The notes beneath the pieces were generated by a model. The model was given only the letters and a program-made list of their open reading frames with translations. It did no database searches and had not been told where the DNA came from. Both the position numbers and the translations under genes were made by a program. This document shows positions 59,319 through 64,000 of a DNA stretch of 64,000 nucleotides, piece after piece; within the stretch, counting starts at the first letter, position 1; each line of letters opens with the position of its first letter. The stretch lies in assembly GCA_003152105.1 (NCBI GenBank), contig PLZJ01000002.1, forward strand, positions 848,112-912,111, in the 5' to 3' direction. This stretch comes from Candidatus Levyibacteriota bacterium (lineage in GTDB: Bacteria > Patescibacteriota > Microgenomatia > Levybacterales > UBA12049).

Positions 59319-60959
59319 ATGGATTTGAAAAATCGTCAGTATGCTGATGGAAAAAGAGCTGTTATTTACTTAAGAGTTTCAACTGAGGAACAGGTTGATA
59401 ATTTTTCACTAGATACACAAGAAGATATATGTCGGAAGGAAGCTGAGAAAAAAGGTTATGAAGTAATTGATATTTTTAGAGAAGAAGGAAGATCTGCAAA
59501 AAATATTGTTGGCAGACCTGTACTTATAAGTCTCCTCGAGTATTGCCGAAAAAATAAACAGAGGATACAGGCAGTCTTCGTCTATCGCATAGACCGAATA
59601 TCTAGACAAACTGCTGATTATTTAGCGATTAGAAAGAAACTACTTGAAAATGACGTAACAATTATATCCGCCACAGAACCAACTGGAGATTCTCCCACTG
59701 AAAAACTTGTAGAAACAATTCTCGCTGGATTTGCGCAATTAGATAATGATATTCGGTCTGAAAGGGCTAGAAATGGTCTTAGGGCAAGATTTAATTCTGG
59801 TTTACTAGGTGGAGGTACTGCGCCGCTTGGATATATATTCCAATCTGGATTCGTGGTAAAAGATCCAAAAACATGGGACAGAGTTAAAGAAGCATGGGAT
59901 TTAATGGCAACTGGTACAAAAAGTACCAGAGATATGGCTCTCATAATGAATAAATGGGGCTTACGAGAAACACGAAGACATAAAGAATATGAACTGCGAG
60001 CACAAACTACTTGTGGAATTTTTAGATTAAAATTTTATGCTGGTTTTCTTACATCCAAGAGATATCAACAAGAGGTAAAAGGGCAACATGTCCCTATGAT
60101 TACTGAAGAACAATTTTATAAAGTCCAGGCAATAATAGATGGCAGAAAAACTACTAAAATACCTTTAGCTCGAAGGACTTTTGAGAATACGGACTTTCCT
60201 CTTAGAAGAATTGTAAAATGCGCGAAATGCGGAATGGGATTAACCGGCTCATGGAGCACAGGAAGACATGGCAAAAAATATGCACATTACTTTTGTTCAA
60301 GTAAGTGTAATTATAAATGTATTCCAGTAAAACTTATGGAAGACGAACTTATTAAAGCTCTAAAAAGAGTTCAGCCTAAAAAAGAAACACTCAAACTATT
60401 TATAGATTCTATATTTCGAATTTATAATCAACGGCTATCAAGATTAACAAAAATAAAAAATGATGCAGATTCTGAAATAGAACGACTTAAGGCACTCAGA
60501 AAGGCAGTTGTTGAAAAAAATCTAGAAGGTGTTTATTCCAATGAGGTATTTAAAGAGCAAAACAGTATTATCGAAGAGAAGATAACAATGGCATATATAG
60601 TAAAAGATGATGCTAACTTAGAAAAGTACAATGTAAATGCATTAACTGATTTTATTAAAACCATTCTGGCAGATCTGGGAGAAACATATAGAAGATCAAG
60701 TATTGGACAGCTAAAAGTACTCCTGGGTTCCGTGTACCCTGGTGGAATCGCTTGGGACTATTCTGGTACATTGGACCCCTCGATTAGCCCGATATATCAA
60801 CATATTCGAACGTTTTCGAATGAGGTCATCCAGTCTGGAGCGGTGAATGGGACTCGGACCCACGACCTTCTCGTTGAAGGCGGTATGTTCCGCACAAAGA
60901 GACTTCTTTTCAAAGCTATAATATCATCGTGTTACCATTTAGTAAATATGACAAAGTAG
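59319..60959 (+). CDS. Large serine recombinase (integrase)
   Basis: YLRVSTEEQ catalytic Ser, DRISR, APLGY, recombinase domain, CAKC..CSSKC zinc ribbon, coiled coil; residues after ~60843 are read-through beyond the junction. Confidence 0.93.
   Translation: MDLKNRQYADGKRAVIYLRVSTEEQVDNFSLDTQEDICRKEAEKKGYEVIDIFREEGRSAKNIVGRPVLISLLEYCRKNKQRIQAVFVYRIDRISRQTADYLAIRKKLLENDVTIISATEPTGDSPTEKLVETILAGFAQLDNDIRSERARNGLRARFNSGLLGGGTAPLGYIFQSGFVVKDPKTWDRVKEAWDLMATGTKSTRDMALIMNKWGLRETRRHKEYELRAQTTCGIFRLKFYAGFLTSKRYQQEVKGQHVPMITEEQFYKVQAIIDGRKTTKIPLARRTFENTDFPLRRIVKCAKCGMGLTGSWSTGRHGKKYAHYFCSSKCNYKCIPVKLMEDELIKALKRVQPKKETLKLFIDSIFRIYNQRLSRLTKIKNDADSEIERLKALRKAVVEKNLEGVYSNEVFKEQNSIIEEKITMAYIVKDDANLEKYNVNALTDFIKTILADLGETYRRSSIGQLKVLLGSVYPGGIAWDYSGTLDPSISPIYQHIRTFSNEVIQSGAVNGTRTHDLLVEGGMFRTKRLLFKAIISSCYHLVNMTK
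60836..60876 (-). pseudogene. tRNA-Gly-like 3' half remnant
   Basis: Minus strand CAA CGAGA AGGTC GTGGG TCCGAGT CCCAT TCACCGC T CCA; no 5' half; T-loop T-to-C change. Confidence 0.7.
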
Positions 60960-61001
60960 AAGAAGTGCTTAAAACCGAGAACTGAAATAAGTTTTCTTAG
61001 C

Positions 61002-61030
61002 TTGACAAGTGAACGATCGTTCTATATAAT
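61002..61030 (+). promoter_or_regulatory. sigma70 promoter containing a second LexA-type operator
   Basis: TTGACA-17-TATAAT with GAACGATCGTTC at 61011-61022. Confidence 0.85.
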
Positions 61031-61036
61031 CAGTTT

Positions 61037-62068
61037 GTGAGGGTAAATTTAGAAACAGCAATATCGCGCATACAAGATTTTCATAAAAGTAATGGAAGAG
61101 TTCCTACATATAAAGAGCTTGCAAAAATGTTTGGCTTCGCTTCTAAAAATTCCAGTTTTCAACTCGTTAAAAAATTGATAGCGCAAGATGTCTTAGAGAA
61201 AGATAAAACAGGAAAAATAGTGCCAAAAAATCTTTTCAAAATACCTCATCCTGAACTAACCAAGGCAAGAATTACTTCTACTGATTTGAAATCAATTCTT
61301 GATGATTTATTAGATGCGACACACGCCCTAGCCGAAGCTCATCCATGTCCACACAATACTGAAGACAAATTTCTTCGAGTGTTGGAAGCAACATATAGAA
61401 GAGATACATTCACTATGTTGGCAATCTCCTATCTCTCGCAAAAACTTCCACTTGCTGATAGTGCTGTGGATTTGGTACGAAAAGTCATTGAAGATACCAT
61501 TTCAATTGAGTATATGATTGCAAAAGGGAAGCAAGAAATGGCAGAAAAATTCCAAAAATTCATGTGGATACAAATTCATCAGAATAAGGAGTTTTTGAAA
61601 ACAACGGGAGCGAATTTTGAAGCTTTGGGTATTGCTCAAAAATCAGAGGAATTAGAGAGAAAATACCAAGAAGTTCAAGGAGACTTTATTCACGCACCAA
61701 CGCAAACAGATTTGAGATCATGGATCGGAAACGATGCAAAAGATGTAGAGGACATGCTTAGACAATTAAAGCAGATGGGCAAAATGAATGATTTTGATGT
61801 AAGTAGAACAGCAATCGGGTATGTACGAGCTTGTTGGAAAAATCATTTTAATCCATATGATGTGATGGCATATCTTACAAACGACTTACTAGAAGCAAGT
61901 ACTCAGGAAGCAATGAATCATGCGCTAATTTTTGCAGCAACCTGCCATTATAGATTAACAACTCGATACATTGATCAAATACGAGAAACAACACATGACA
62001 ATAATCAATTTGAGCATGTCCATAAGAAGATTGACGTAATTTGGCAACGACTTAATCCTAAAGATTAA
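61037..62068 (+). CDS. LexA-like DNA-binding domain fused to DUF5677/HEPN-like helical domain
   Basis: N-terminal ~75 aa align with the LexA-like protein at 45685; no S24 domain; LVRKVIED..SIEY and KNHFNPY. Confidence 0.65.
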   Translation: MRVNLETAISRIQDFHKSNGRVPTYKELAKMFGFASKNSSFQLVKKLIAQDVLEKDKTGKIVPKNLFKIPHPELTKARITSTDLKSILDDLLDATHALAEAHPCPHNTEDKFLRVLEATYRRDTFTMLAISYLSQKLPLADSAVDLVRKVIEDTISIEYMIAKGKQEMAEKFQKFMWIQIHQNKEFLKTTGANFEALGIAQKSEELERKYQEVQGDFIHAPTQTDLRSWIGNDAKDVEDMLRQLKQMGKMNDFDVSRTAIGYVRACWKNHFNPYDVMAYLTNDLLEASTQEAMNHALIFAATCHYRLTTRYIDQIRETTHDNNQFEHVHKKIDVIWQRLNPKD

Positions 62069-62080
62069 TAAAGAAAACTT

Positions 62081-64000
62081 ATGTTATTTTCTAGTGATGC
62101 AGCAATCAAGTCAAAAAAAGAAGATGCTCTTAATCGAGCGACGTTTTCAGAACACCTGGGTAACGCAATTCTTGATTGGACAAAAAAAGAAACAATGGTA
62201 CTAGGTTTATATGGAGAATGGGGGACAGGGAAAAGTTCCATTATAAATTTAGCACTAGAACATATTAACAATAAAACTAAAAACGATGGAGCAAGTGAAC
62301 CAATAATTTTTCGCTTTAATCCTTGGAATTTTACTGAACAAAATCAATTAGTTACAATTTTCTTATCTGAATTATCAAAAACAATAGGGTTTCAAGGAAA
62401 ATCTGAGCAAGCTTCCTCCGTAGGTAAAACGCTTATCTCATACAGTAAATTTTTTACACCGTTGTCTATTCTTGCAACACTGTTTCCACAGTTCGCACCA
62501 TTAATGAAATTGCCAGAAGAAACATTAAGAGGAATTGGTGATGCTGCAAAACAATGGGCTGAACTAAATGAAAAAGACTTACAAGCTTTGAAATCTGAAC
62601 TCGATAATCAAATTGTCAAATTGAATCGAAAGATAATAATAGTTATTGATGATATTGATAGATTAAATAAACTAGAAATTCGTCAAATATTCCAATTAGT
62701 AAAAATGAATGCCAATTTTCCAAATACAATCTATATACTTTCTTTAGATGATCAAAAGGTAGCAACTTTATTAACAGAAGATAAATTCCCAGGCAAAGAC
62801 TATCTTGAAAAGATCGTACAGGTACCTTTTCATGTACCTGCAATCGAGAGGAAAAGAATTGAAAAAATTCTTTTTAATGAACTCAATTCAATAATAAAAC
62901 CTCTGCAATCAAAGGAGACTCCTTTTGATAGGAAAAAATGGCAAGATATTTATTTTGAAGGATTAAGTGGATTATTCCCTTCATTGCGAAGAGTTAAAAG
63001 ATTTATTAACGGCTTATGTTTTACTATAACAATTGTTCCAAATGAAATAAACGTTATTGATTTCATTGGAATAGAAGCAATTCGTGTTTTTTTCCCTGAA
63101 GTATATACAAGAATTGCAAAAAATAAAGCATTATTTGTTGGTGATGATTTCTCATTTAATGAAGACGATCGAAAAACTAAAATCGAAAAACTCCAAAAAT
63201 TAATTGAAGTTGCTCCTGAACCTGATAAGAAATATCTAACTAAAATAATCTATCAACTTTTCCCTCAATTTACAAGCAATTATGGCTCTGAATGGCAAGA
63301 CATTTGGGAAGGTAAAAAATTAATTTGTTCGAGATATAGATTTGATAGTTATTTTTTTCTTTCAGTTCCAGAAGGACATTTATCGCAACAGAGAATTGAT
63401 CATCTATTATTACAAGCATCAAATAGAAATGATCTTGAAAAATCATTAATTGCGCTTATAAAATCAAAAAAAATAAGAAAATTTTTAATAAGAATCCCTG
63501 ACTTTAAAGAAAGAATATTGGAGAAAAATATACCTAATTTCATTATCGCTATTTTTAATATCGCAGACATACTTCCTCAAAATAGAGAAAATGATTTGGA
63601 CTTTGGTGCAACAATGGAAGCAACAAGAATCGCATATCAACTATTAAATAAAATTCAAGATGAAAAGAAGAGGCAACGAATTGCTACTAAAGTGATACGC
63701 GAAACTTCGGGAATAATTGCTCCTATAGAATTCCTATCTTATGAGGTAAGTAGAATGAAAAAAAATGAGGCTACGAGATTAATCAAGGACGATAAAGTGG
63801 TTGAAAAACTCGTACTGATTATGAGCAATAAATTGAATAAACGAGCCAAGGAAGATAACCTAAAATCAATCCCTAGTTTAACGACTGTTCTTCGGATATG
63901 GAAGGGTTGGGGTGGCGAAGATAATGCAAGAGAATTAATAACTTATTTGCTTAAAAATAATGGTGGTATTGGAAGAATTTTAGAAGGATTCAGTTGGCAA
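62081..64000 (+). CDS. KAP-family P-loop NTPase (runs off window end)
   Basis: D.LNR..F, GLYGEWGTGKSS, FNPW, IVIDDIDRL, YLEKIVQVPF; not in ORF track because truncated. Confidence 0.9.
   Translation, partial: MLFSSDAAIKSKKEDALNRATFSEHLGNAILDWTKKETMVLGLYGEWGTGKSSIINLALEHINNKTKNDGASEPIIFRFNPWNFTEQNQLVTIFLSELSKTIGFQGKSEQASSVGKTLISYSKFFTPLSILATLFPQFAPLMKLPEETLRGIGDAAKQWAELNEKDLQALKSELDNQIVKLNRKIIIVIDDIDRLNKLEIRQIFQLVKMNANFPNTIYILSLDDQKVATLLTEDKFPGKDYLEKIVQVPFHVPAIERKRIEKILFNELNSIIKPLQSKETPFDRKKWQDIYFEGLSGLFPSLRRVKRFINGLCFTITIVPNEINVIDFIGIEAIRVFFPEVYTRIAKNKALFVGDDFSFNEDDRKTKIEKLQKLIEVAPEPDKKYLTKIIYQLFPQFTSNYGSEWQDIWEGKKLICSRYRFDSYFFLSVPEGHLSQQRIDHLLLQASNRNDLEKSLIALIKSKKIRKFLIRIPDFKERILEKNIPNFIIAIFNIADILPQNRENDLDFGATMEATRIAYQLLNKIQDEKKRQRIATKVIRETSGIIAPIEFLSYEVSRMKKNEATRLIKDDKVVEKLVLIMSNKLNKRAKEDNLKSIPSLTTVLRIWKGWGGEDNARELITYLLKNNGGIGRILEGFSWQ

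Larger units (their letters stand above)
31169..60843. mobile_element. Integrative conjugative element, ~29.7 kb, serine-recombinase type
   Basis: Direct core CTGGAGCGG at 31169-31177 and 60835-60843; VirB2/VirB6/PrgI/VirB4/M23, VirD4, relaxase, LSR and XRE inside. Confidence 0.8.

Noticed and set aside
60844-60959. Native C-terminus of the recombinase
   Set aside because: Better explained as read-through into the antisense tRNA remnant and flanking DNA
1-64000. Alternative genetic code (TGA=Gly)
   Set aside because: Genes are full length under code 11 and several end in TGA (e.g. 24599, 31717)

Overview
AT-rich bacterial DNA read with the standard code (TGA is used as stop). Gene content and style (leaderless TATAAT-N6-ATG genes, ApbE/FMN-bind/NqrB-FNR cluster, Replic_Relax plus pilin ICE) suggest a Patescibacteria/CPR genome; this is an inference. 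Layout: (1) 1-12.6 kb holds a flavinylation redox cluster, DsbB, an Mg/Mn transport cluster and an ABC exporter. (2) 14210-17236 is an IS1595-family element with TIRs, a perfect 8-bp TSD and a passenger gene. (3) About 21.7-28.6 kb is a run of small self-promoted accessory genes separated by a recurring att-like motif (GCTGGC-N16-18-GAACTT) directly 3' of tRNA-Gln(TTG), a candidate serine-recombinase cassette array. (4) 31169-60843 is a ~29.7-kb ICE bounded by CTGGAGCGG. It encodes a T4SS, VirD4, relaxase and a large serine recombinase whose native C-terminus is split across the ends, and carries a LexA-DinB-SRAP cassette, defence-like genes and an SF2 helicase-sigma70 fusion. (5) From 60836 there is a tRNA-Gly 3' remnant, then a LexA-box-controlled LexA-DBD fusion gene and a KAP NTPase. 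All calls come from reading motifs by eye; no database searches were run.
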